Source of the DNA: Macrostomum lignano
Lineage: Eukaryota
Length of the DNA: 40,677 bases
Direction of reading: 5' to 3'
Assembly: GCA_002269645.1 (NCBI GenBank)
Contig: NIVC01004608.1
Coordinates: 1 to 40,677, forward strand
In this document: positions 1-13,074 of the stretch, in pieces
Position numbering within the stretch: the first letter of the stretch is position 1
Layout of the letters: each line of letters starts with the position of its first letter
Program-made: the position numbers and the translations under genes
Notes under the pieces: generated by a model
Seen by the model: the letters and a program-made list of their open reading frames with translations, nothing else
Databases searched by the model: none
Told to the model about the DNA's origin: nothing

Positions 1-400
1 AAAATTAATAGGTTCAAGGCTTGGTTTCTAAGAAATCAAAATTAATAGTTCAAGTTTGGTTTCTAAGAAATCAAAATTAATAGGTTCAAGTTTGGTTTCT
101 AAGAAATCAAAATTAATAGGTTCAAGTTTGGTTTCTAAGAAATCAAATTAATAGGTTCAAGCTTGGTTTCTAAGAAATCAAAATTAATAGGTTCAAGTTT
201 GGTTTCTAAGAAATCCAAATTAATAGGTTCAAGCTTGGTTTTTAAGAAATCAATATAAATAGGTTTATTGGGGGTTCTGAGAAATCAATACAAATAGGCT
301 TATTCAAGGGTTTCTTAGAGTTGTTAAGAAATCAGTATCAATAGGTAGTACGGTTTCTAAGAAATGAGTCAATATCAATATGCTAAGTAGTTTCTAAGAA
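1..400. repeat. 36-bp minisatellite (AAGAAATCAAAATTAATAGGTTCAAGTTTGGTTTCT), about 7 good copies decaying toward 400; truncated by the window edge
   Basis: AAGAAATC recurs with period 36 (e.g. 65, 101); core TTCTAAGAA. Confidence 0.9.
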
Positions 401-707
401 ATCAGCATTTGTAGGCGTAGTAGTTTTTTGAGACATCGATATTTTTATAAGTCTAAAAAATATTTTTCATAGACTAATGGAAAATCCACAAGGAAATCTT
501 TGACTATCAATTGTTGTTAGCCAAACTGGGTTTTGGAACATAGAGTTGATTTTTTGAGTCACTAGAAAACTAGAACGTTGGTTTGCGACTATAACTGAAC
601 CAGCAAAGATCAAGGAGCCACCCACCTGAGCGGACACTGGACAAAAGTACAGCCGAGTCCACTTGTACAAATACTCGTCGAGTGGCTGGCGTAGGCCCGC
701 ATATTAT

Positions 708-2149
708 TTAAATTCGCATCCTCCGGAAAGCGGAGACAAACAGGCTGGATTGCAGCTTCTTCTGCATTCTCTTCAACGACAGCTGCTTAGAAACTTTGGC
801 AGTCGGAGTGGCGCCACTGCCGGAGAACACGAGAACAGTTTTGCTGTCAATCTCTGGCACAATTATTACTTGGCTAACATCGCATAGCGACTTTTTGAAT
901 AGGCCTTTAAAAGTTCGTTTCAAAGACTGATCGGTGGTGGACAGCGGCAGGCCGCAGACTATAAAGTACTCCAAGTCTCCAGCTAAGAATTGATAATTCC
1001 GAGGCGGAGGCGGCTGCTGCTGATCAGCTGATGCATCGCCAGCTGACTGCTGCGGAGCCTCCTTGCGCCTCACCTTGACCGGCGGCGGCCCAGCAGGTCG
1101 CTGATTGATGACCGCGCCGCTAGACACCGCCGAGGCTGACAAATCTGTGGGACAAGTGGTCGCTTTTCTTAGCGTGCCGCCGGTGACAGATGAATCAGCA
1201 GCAGCACAGATGCCCTGGCAGCTGTCTGTTCTCTGAATGTGACCGCTAGTTGATGCGGCTACGGCGTTATGAGTGCCACCGTTTGCTTCCAGCAGTGCCG
1301 CGGGCGGTGGAGGCTTTGGGTTAGAAGTTGCGTTTACAGTCGGAACAGCTGATGCCCCTGTGCCCGCAGGTTCTGCTGCTTTGTTGACCTTTGATGTCTC
1401 CTCTGCATCTCCTGAAGGCGGAACCTTTGATGTCTCCTCTGCATCTCCCGAAGGCGGAACCTTTGATGTCTCCTCTGCATCTCCCGAAGGCGGAACCTTT
1501 GATGTCTCCGCTGCATCTCCTGAAGGCGAACCTTTGATGTTCCTCTGCATCCCGAAGGCGGAACCTTTGATGTCTCCTCTGCATCTCCCGAAGGCGGAAC
1601 CTTTGATGTCTCCGCTGCATCTCCTGAAGGCGGAACCTTTGATGTTTCCTCTGCATCTCCCGAAGGCGGAACCTTTGATGTCTCCTCTGCATCTCCCGAA
1701 GGTGGAACCTTTGATGTCTCCGCTGCATCTCCCGAAGGCGGAACCTTTGATGTTTCCTCTGCATCTCCCGAAGGCGGAATCTTTGATGTCTCCTCTGCAT
1801 CTCCCGAAGGCGGAACCTTTGATGTCTCCGCTGCATCTCCTGAAGGCGGAACCTTTGATGCTTCCTCTGCATCTCCTGAAGGCGGAACCTTTGTTGCCTC
1901 CTTTGTGGCTGCGGGCGTCGCAAAGTTTGACGTCTCTTCCTCGGAGGCTAACAAAGAAGATTCCGAGTTCTCTGATATAAACACCGGCGTGGTTAAAACC
2001 TTTGAAGTGGCCGCCTCTTCGTCGCCGCCATTAATTAAGTCGGACGGCGAATTATCGACGCCGGGATTCTCAGATCCATTGCCGCTAATTGCTTTATCTA
2101 AACTAGCGCTGTCATCGGAAAAGGAACCCGATTTGTGGTCTTCTGACAT
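708..2149 (-). CDS. Uncharacterised protein with about 14 copies of a 12-aa repeat (KVPPSGDAEETS) and a C-terminal RRM-like region; frameshifted as assembled
   Basis: ORFs 1334-2149 and 708-1550 carry the same repeat in different frames. Units at 1525-1560 lack 4 nt; restoring them gives one 481-aa ORF from ATG 2149. YFIVCGLPLSTTDQSLKRTFKGLF resembles RRM RNP2 plus helix 1. May extend to 467 (see findings). Confidence 0.55.
1385..1895. repeat. Coding 36-bp minisatellite (ACCTTTGATGTCTCCTCTGCATCTCCCGAAGGCGGA), about 14 copies
   Basis: Direct reading; encodes the KVPPSGDAEETS repeats on the minus strand. Confidence 0.95.
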
Positions 2150-3899
2150 ATTACTATTTCTAATTTCTATTATTTTAAATAGGATTAACGACTACGGTTA
2201 AAATAATCTCAAATGCCCAAATTATGATTTCTATGCCTCAAAATCAATCTTAGCAGTTTGCTATGGACAAATAAACTGTTGGCATTCCAACAGGGCCTAC
2301 AGCGACCTTCCCTGTCTGTCCAATTGTCTAATATTGTTCTCTACCAGTATTAAAATATTCGATGTTAGCGCAAACGCAGTTAGCTGAAATTGAAAAGGTA
2401 GGTCAAAGCGATATAACAAAAAATAAGATTATATTGAAATCGGCCGCCTAAAACTGAAAACGACCTTTTGTCCACGGATGCTAAAACACAAGATAATTTA
2501 CTGTCTACTTTAATGGAAAATAAGTGAATCAAGCATAATGTTCCGTATAAGCTACTACTAACCTATAAGTAGTTTAATGAGTGGCAGAATCGGAACACAC
2601 GAATGAATTATCTGGGTTTTTTTAGCACCTATGATGGCTTTCACCCATAGACGGTCGAAGCTTAATTACATTAGGAGCTGTGAACTTAGCTTGCGTTCCA
2701 TTTACCTAGTTCCACAGCTTAATTCAGGGTCTTAAAATAGCCTAGATTGACCAGCACCTCAGTTTAAATAGAACAAGAAACTGTGAAGTACATTTTCTAA
2801 GAATATAATAACTCTTCGTTTTGAAAGAGAGGCCTGTAAAGGCATATTACAGTTTTTATTTTACTCAAAGTTCATCGAGGTGGACAGCGGAGTTAAGACG
2901 CAGGTAGGCAGTTCTTCAAATTCGATATCTATTCATCTCGAAGAAAACACAGTTAAAAGCAAAACAATTGTTACATTAGCTCTACTACGCGGCAAAGTAG
3001 TAGTAGTAGTTTAGTAGTAGTATAGTTAAGGCATGCGAACTTATTCGCGTACGGAGCACAATTTCACTATGCAACTCAATTAGTTTCCTTGCCTTCTTAG
3101 TAATCAAAATGAGGATTCACAAACGACTAAATTTCTAAACAGAAAGCAAAGCTGTTGTCAACAGCTAAAACAAGAGCAAAAACCACTTCAGAAGCTGTGG
3201 ACCTGGCACTTTCCCATGAAAATAGCTAGAAAACAAATAGTGAACAGTTATTAATTATAAAACTAAACGATTTAAGCTACCCAGGCAAGATTTCACCATT
3301 ACATATTAACAAATTAATAGTTCAGACAATTATAACAAAGGCACAGTTGCTTGAAAATGAAAACCTGCGCTCACGCATCTGCTGTTCTGCTGGATATAAT
3401 AACTATAACGCAACAGGCGACAGATATTAGTTAAATATTATTAGAAAGCAACTCTGGACGGTTAGCAAAAAAAAAATAAATAGCAACTACACCTAAACTC
3501 TATTTGTACTCGTATTGTTGCACATTAAATGAAGAAAAATGTTCGACTTCGTAGGAAAACAGTGGACACATGCCAGAGTAAAAAAAGCAGTTTTTTTATA
3601 TTACTTATAGTAGTGTTGTTAAGTTAGTCATAGAATTGATGAGTGTGTCTAGAGAATGCCTAAGATGTTTGCGGTTAAGAGAGTCTGAACAGATACGAGT
3701 ATAGATAAGAGAGAACGAAATAGAGAATGAAATACTACTGACATGAAAGTAGCTTAATAGCATATGTACCACGTGATTTATTTAGATTAAATTTTTATAT
3801 ATATTTTTTAATTTAGCGGTTCTAGAGAAAGTGCACAGACACACGCGCACACGTCTAAACTGAATCCTCATCTACCCAAGGAAACCAAAGAAACCCGAA

Positions 3900-4616
3900 T
3901 TACATAATTAAAAAGTGCTCATCAACAACCAGCTTAGTCAGGTGTTTGACCTCGGCGCCAACCTGCTGCATGCCGGCCTCCATAGCCTGACAGAGCCGGT
4001 TGAAATCGATGGCCGGAGTTGGCAGCGACGGCTCCGAAGGCTTCGCTGGCGGCTGCAGGGGCGGCGGCAGCTTGAAGTTGCGATTCGCAATCACCCATTC
4101 AATAGCCATGGGGCCTTTGCTGGCCATCTTGGAATACACCAGCTCCTCCAATATGGTCTCCACCAGGCCGCCGACTGGCCACCAAGGACAGCGGATTGTC
4201 ACCGACTGTTTGAGCAGTGTCCGACTCTCCGGACTGTCCGGATGAGGCAAATACTCCAGCTGCTCGTCCATGGTGAAATTGGCGCTGAGTGTCAGATTTC
4301 TGGCCTGAAGGCGGTAGTTCCGCCGAGCCGGGTCCACCACGGTGTGCTCGCTGCCGTACCAGACCTCGGCGTCGTCATCTGCGAACATCCTGACCAGCCG
4401 GCCGAAGCCCAGCGACTGCATGCGCTGCACTACGCCGGAGAAATTCGTGCCAAACAGCCGATGAGTCCGCAGCCGACCGTCCGAGGTCAGCTCTCTGGTG
4501 ACCACATCCTGACTGACAATGCTGGCATTGTGCGGATTGGGATATTTGCGTACAGCTGCCTGCACTACAGTCTCCCAGCTGTGCTCAAATGTGTGCTCAG
4601 TTTTCCAGATGCGCAT
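3900..4616 (-). CDS. PRELID3: PRELI domain-containing protein 3 (slowmo/Ups2-like mitochondrial lipid transfer protein), single coding exon, 238 aa
   Basis: MRIWKTEHTFEHSWETVVQAAVRKYPNPHN matches the slowmo/PRELID3 N-terminus (MKIWTSEHVFDHPWETV...KYPNP); RNLTLSANFTMDEQLEYLPHP is PRELI-like; acceptor TTACAG lies 10 nt upstream of the ATG. Confidence 0.95.
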   Translation of the reverse strand: MRIWKTEHTFEHSWETVVQAAVRKYPNPHNASIVSQDVVTRELTSDGRLRTHRLFGTNFSGVVQRMQSLGFGRLVRMFADDDAEVWYGSEHTVVDPARRNYRLQARNLTLSANFTMDEQLEYLPHPDSPESRTLLKQSVTIRCPWWPVGGLVETILEELVYSKMASKGPMAIEWVIANRNFKLPPPLQPPAKPSEPSLPTPAIDFNRLCQAMEAGMQQVGAEVKHLTKLVVDEHFLIM

Positions 4617-4959
4617 AGTGAAGCCTCTGTAACAGCTATTTTGCTTTATAAATTAAATATAGAGACGAACAATAAATAGAAGAACTGCGTGTTGATATTA
4701 GAACAGGTCTGAAGCTTACTGTGAAGCTCATGCATGTAAGAGAGAGATGAAGTTTGCTTGTACGAAAAACGCACTAGAATCGGTCTTTTACAATAAGTAT
4801 AGTTTTTGCCAAATTAGTAGCTATAGTCTTCTTTATATATTCACAATATTCACACCCAGAAATCACACGCAGAACAAGCAGAAGTTTTAAAATCGGAAAT
4901 AAAAAAATCCCTATTGAAAATCTTACAATCCCTATCAGCAATTATCGGAAATCCACATC

Positions 4960-5280
4960 GAAAATCAAAAATCCCCATTAGCAATCAGAAATCCCCATTA
5001 GCAATCAGGAATCCCACCTAGCAACCAGAAATCCCCATTAGCAATCAGAAATCCCCATTAGCAATCAGGAATCCCACCTAGCAACCAGAAATCCTCATTA
5101 GCTATCAGAAATCCCCATTAGCAATCAGAATTTCCTATTAGCAATCAGAAATCCCCATTAGCAATCAGGAATCCCACCTAGCAACCAGAAATCCCCATTA
5201 GCAATCAGAAATCCCCATTAGCAATCAGAAATCCCCATTAGCAATCAGAAATCCCCATTAGCAATCAGAAATCCCTATCG
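4960..5280. repeat. 20-bp minisatellite (GCAATCAGAAATCCCCATTA), about 15 copies with a 3-unit higher-order pattern
   Basis: Period 20 is visible in lines 4981-5276; variant units GCAATCAGGAATCCCACCTA and GCAACCAGAA recur. Confidence 0.95.
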
Positions 5281-5527
5281 ACAATCAGTATATTATAGAA
5301 ATATATATACAAAAAATAGTAAAAAAGCAAGCAAAAGTGGACACCAAAAACGCCGCAATACAGAGAAGCTGGATACAGGGTAGCAGTAACGTCATTGCAT
5401 TTTATTGTCAAAATTAACAAACACACAAGAGCACACTGAACAAGTGTGCATATAATAAATAAATATACTAGTAAATATAACCATGATAATACAGGAACTG
5501 CCAGTGCTCGGTGACAACCAGCCTACT

Positions 5528-5533
5528 TTTATT
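5528..5533 (-). terminator. Candidate polyadenylation signal (AATAAA) for KAT5
   Basis: Plus-strand TTTATT; the first AATAAA I found on the minus strand downstream of the KAT5 stop. Confidence 0.4.
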
Positions 5534-5907
5534 TACAACAGTATAAAAATCGTTAAGACAGCTACTTACTACTTTAAGTAGAAGTACAAGTCAGCTGGCC
5601 AACCGATACTAAATTTTATAGACCAAAAACAGAAAAAGTAGTATATAAATTAAATTTTGACTTCAAGGAATTACTTAGTCTCTATATTTACGAGCCCGGT
5701 AGCTGAACTAATAACCTAACGGGTTATAATCTGCATAGAATTAATAGGTTGGCTATGCCTTTCTAGAGACTAAAAAACACAAAGGAGTCGCCTCACAGTC
5801 GAAGTTTTTCCAACACAAAAGACAATAAATAACAAATATTGGGATACAAGATCTAGCAAAACTCCTACGGGATAAGCCTAAGTGGGAAGGTGAGATTAAA
5901 GAAAAAA

Positions 5908-6817
5908 ATCAATTGTCTCCCTACATCTCTGGGTCGATCTCTAATTGTCTCCCTACATCTCTGGTCTATCTCTAATTGTCTCCCTACATCTCTGGGTCTA
6001 TCTCTAATTGTCTCCCTACATCTCTGGTCTATCTCTAATTGTCTCCCTACATCTCTGGGTCTATCTCTAATTGTCTCCCTACATCTCTGGGTCTATCTCT
6101 AATTGTCTCCCTACATCTCTGGGTCTATCTCTAACTGTCTCCTGCATCTCTGGGTCGATCTCTAATTGTCTCCCTACATCTCTGGGTCTATCTCTAATTG
6201 TCTCCCTACATCTCTGGGTCGATCTCTAATTGTCTCCCTACATCTCTGGGTCTATCTCTAACTGACTCCCTACATCTCTGGGTCTATCTCTAACTGTCTC
6301 CCTACATCTCTGGGTCTATCTCTAATTGTCTCATTACATCTCTGGGTCTATCTCTAATTGTCTCATTACATCTCTGGGTCTATCTCTAATTGTCTCCCTA
6401 CATCTCTCGGTCGATCTGTAATTGTCTCCCTACATCTCTGGGTCTATCTCTAATTGTCTCCCTACATCTCTAGGTCTATCTCTAACTGTCTCCCTACATC
6501 TCACGGTCGATCTCTATTTGTCTCCCTACATCTCTCGATCGATCTCTAATTGTCTTCCTAGATCTCTGGGTCTATCTCTAATTGTCTCCCTAGATCTCTG
6601 GGTCTATCTCTAACTGTCTCCCTACATCTCTGGGTCTATCTCTAATTGTCTCCCTAGATCTCTGGGTCTATCTCTAATTGTCTCCCTACATCTCTGGGTC
6701 TATCGTCTCCCTACATCTCTGGGTCTATCTCTAATTGTCTCCCTACATCTCTGGGTCTATCGTCTCCCTACATCTCTGGGTCTATCTCTAATTGTCTCCC
6801 TACATCTCTGGGTCTAC
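5908..6817. repeat. 32-bp minisatellite (TCTCTAATTGTCTCCCTACATCTCTGGGTCTA), about 28 copies, downstream of the KAT5 stop
   Basis: Period 32 (e.g. 6061 to 6093). Confidence 0.95.
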
Positions 6818-6922
6818 CTAGAAACCCAGATTGCAGGACAAGCTGCGATATATTTGTTCAGAAACAATCCACGCTGGCTAATTAGCATATTATAAAATTA
6901 GACAAGCCATTAAGTTGCATCT

Positions 6923-9440
<2,518 letters not shown>

Positions 9441-9489
9441 CTAACGCTATAGAGAATAGGGTAGGTTATAGAGAATAGGGTAGCGTCTG

Positions 9490-10045
9490 TGGCCCAGCAA
9501 CTGAGGATCTGGGAGGCTGGGATCTGAAGCAACTGACACTCTGGGAGGCTGGGATCTGAAGCAACTGACACTCTGGGAGGCTGGCCTAGCAACTGACACT
9601 CTGGGAGGCTGGCCTAGCAACTGACACTCTGGGAGGCTGGCCTAGCAACTGACACTCTGGGAGGCTGGCCTAGCAACTGACACTCTGGGAGGCTGGCCTA
9701 GCAACTGACACTCTGGGAGGCTGGCCTAGCAACTGACACTCTGGGAGGCTAGCCCAGCAACTGAAGATATGAGAAGCTGGCCCAGCAACTAAAGATTTGA
9801 GAAGCTTGCCCAGCAACTGAGTATCTGGGAGGCTGGCTCAGCAACTGACACTCTGGGAGGCTGGCCCAGCAACTGAAGATCTGAGAAGCTGGCCCAGCAA
9901 CTGAGGATCTGAGAGGATGGCCTAACAACTGAGGATCTGAGAGGATGGCCTAACAACTGATGATCTGAGAAGCTGGCCCAGCAACTGAGGATCTGAGTGG
10001 ATGGCCCAGCAACTGGGGATTTGAGAAGCTGGCCCAGCAACTGAG
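9490..10045. repeat. 28-bp minisatellite (CTGGGAGGCTGGCC[C/T]AGCAACTGA[CACT/GGAT]), about 19 copies, upstream of the KAT5 start
   Basis: Period 28 (9601 to 9629). Confidence 0.93.
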
Positions 10046-11699
10046 GGTCTAAGAAGGGTGACAGTGAATCCTACAAAAGGAAGAATTTAATCTTATGCCT
10101 AGCTGCATGCATTGAACTCCAATCCAATGAAAACGAACACAGCGATACCTAACATTCTGTACTTGGCTACTAATAACTGCAGATAATTATGATTTTTTAC
10201 ACTCATTTATTTAGAGTTATCCGGCTAAAGCAAACAAGCACTGAGTCTCAAGGCGAGCAACCGTCCAATGAGGCATTTAGTATCGGTGGTGGAGGGAAAA
10301 GGGATTCAATGTGATACACTGTAGGCAAGGCATCGGTTACCATAGAGACGCGCAGCTGTTTCAGTGCAGTATATTAAGCCATCTCAGTACTTTATATCAG
10401 CCACAGATAGATAGGCCACTCGGGCATATATGCTTAGCAAAACAGCTTTCTACTTTCAGTTCAGTAGCCAGGAAGAATACACTTCGATGAAAAGTGAAAA
10501 GACTTCGATAAGTTTAGAAGCCTACAAGCTTGCAGGCGTAAAAAGCTTGCTAATTGGTTCAGCCATAATGTACATTAGCCAGTCCACTGAAATGTACATG
10601 GCAGCTTTAGGCTGGAATTCCGAGAAAGGCAATAAAAATAGGGCAAGGCGGGGGGGGGGGGTAAAGCGTGGTTTGAGGGTTTAAGCAAGTCGTCCTTGGG
10701 TTTAAGCTGGGGCGGGGAGTGGGGTAAGAGCCAAAAAATGAGCCTTGACTTTAAAAATACATTAAAATGCTTCTGTTTACCCTGTGAACTGAAAGTAGCT
10801 TGAACGCAAATGTGCTGAGTGGCTTATCTAGTTATTCTAGTATCTGTGATATAAGCTGGCTAAAATACAAGTGCGCAAATAACAATGCCTGAATTGAAAT
10901 CGAGTCAAACCCCCAGTTTTAGAAGCACACAGCAAGCTGAATTATTGAATAATTTTTTAAGAAACCAAAGACCAAAGAAAACCTGTTGACCTGCTCAGTT
11001 TATCTTGCATTTGACATCTTTCTACAGTGAGAAAAGTGCAAAAACAAAAAGTTGGCAGAAAAAAATAGTCTGCCTAATATGCAAAACTCATTTAAACCAC
11101 CAATCGGTCAAAAATATATGCATGTAAAAATTAGCAATGGGCTAAAGTTAGTACTGGTAGCAGCTACAGAACAGTATTAACAAAGGTAAGACTGCTGCCG
11201 TTAAAAAACAGAGAAAAATACAAAAATATATAAACAAACCAATTAGCGAGTAGAAAATAGAAAAAAAGATATAAACAAAACCGTCACTTTATGATCAACT
11301 CATGAAGTTCGATGAGCAAGAAGGCAAATTTAAGTTGGAACAATGAAGATAAAAAAATAGATTTTGCATTTAAACAAGCAAGCAGACTATAGTAACGTGC
11401 AAAAACAAGAAATAATACGTTTATGTAGTTGCCAACTAGGTATGTACACACACACACACACACACAAATTCAAAGCGCTTCTGGCTAATTAACAGGTTTG
11501 ATTGCATTAACTAATAAGTGAATAATAATAATAATATCTTAATGATGTAATATGAATAAGCGCAAAATAATTGGCAGGCTATGAAATCACTATAATATTT
11601 TAAATGCGACAAATATATTCTTGCAAATATAAATTGATGCAATATATAGGATAATTAGTAAATTGCCATTTTTACCTACTGTGACTGCCACATACTCAC

Positions 11700-11765
11700 T
11701 GCCGAACCTAACTCTAACCTAAAACATAACCCTAACCTAAGCCATAAACCAAACCTAACTCAAAC
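11700..11765. repeat. Short degenerate telomere-like (CCTAAC/TAACCC) hexamer tract
   Basis: CCGAACCTAACTCTAACCTAAAACATAACCCTAACCTAAGCCATAAACCAAACCTAACT. Confidence 0.55.
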
Positions 11766-12711
11766 TCTTTGATACACAAAACAAAAATATGAAATTTTGA
11801 AGGCTTCAATATGCTAATGAAGTGTTTATAATGTTAGTAATGCAAGTTTGATTACTTAACAGATGAATGAGAAAATAGACGATAAAAATTGTGAAAAAAA
11901 CAATAGCTTTGTACACAAACAGAGATGATGAGTTTTACTGTTGGCAAAGTTTTTAACCTGAATATTCAAACTTGTACTTATATCAAAGTTTGCAGCGAGA
12001 AAATTCGTTTAACATCAATGCATATTTTCTGTAATTTTGCATTTTTTTGCCAGTAGAGCAGAGTTTTCACCATAGACAAAATTGTTTCAATATAACTTTG
12101 CCTCAATATATAGACACACTTTGTGGCTAAGACACAATAGACACACCTATTGCCAAACGACAGTCTATGGTCGAAACCCTAATTCAGCTTCCAATAAATT
12201 TTACGGGCTAGCCATGGACTTCTAAAAATAGCATCTGGAAATGAAATGTAGAAAGTAGAAGGTGCGCGTCGGTTGGTTTGAATTGCTTTCAGAGAATAAC
12301 GAGCGCTCGATATTCTCTGATTGCTTGACTGCATGTAGGAAGCGACGCCGCAATTAAAATAAAAATGTGACATAGAGCTATGCTGTATATCAAATGTCTA
12401 ATTCATTCCAAATGCTATTTTTAAAATTCCATGCCCATCCAGTGACTTGATTAGCATCGGTTGTTTTTTTCGAGATTTACTTTAAACACAAGATAAATAT
12501 ATAAAAAGCAGACCGGTAACTGTTTAACCAGTTTCCTAACCAGACAGATGAAGAGAGTTAACAAAGCAACACAGGAAAACTATTTGAGAAATTCTGTTTT
12601 CATCTCTAAAGAATGCGGAGAACCTGAGTTGAACGACAAAATCAGCAGCACAAACGACAACTGTCGATTGTGTATAAACAATGTAAACAATGGGTCCAAA
12701 TTCGACTGCCG

Positions 12712-12995
12712 ACCCTAACCAAACCGTAGCCGTAACCCTAACCAAACCGTAGCCGTAACCCTAACCAAACCGTAGCCGTAACCCTAACCAAACCGTAGCC
12801 GTAACCCTAACCAAACCGTAGCCGTAACCCTAACCAAACCGTAGCCGTAACCCTAACCAAACCGTAGCCGTAACCCTAACCAAACCGTAGCCGTAACCCT
12901 AACCAAACCGTAGCCGTAACCCTAACCAAACCGTAGCCGTAACCCCAACTGTAACCCCATAAAGAAACCAAAGCCCTAACCCTTTAACCCCTAAC
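12712..12995. repeat. 23-bp minisatellite built from telomere-like hexamers (TAACCC TAACCA AACCG TAGCCG), about 10 near-perfect copies, about 80 bp downstream of the ELL stop
   Basis: Period 23 (12721 to 12744); one CCCTAA (TTAGGG) per unit. Confidence 0.95.
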
Positions 12996-13074
12996 CAGTC
13001 AAATGCTCAGCAATCAAACTGGGACAGTCAAACTATGGGCTGCCATAAACAATATGATATACAAACTCTGACGG

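Noticed and set aside
3915-4679. 254-aa plus-strand ORF
   Set aside because: Antisense shadow of GC-rich PRELID3; no recognisable motifs
5564-5569. Perfect GTAAGT donor that could splice a KAT5 3' exon directly to the PRELID3 acceptor
   Set aside because: A single hexamer in AT-rich DNA with AATAAA signals just downstream; unsupported without reads
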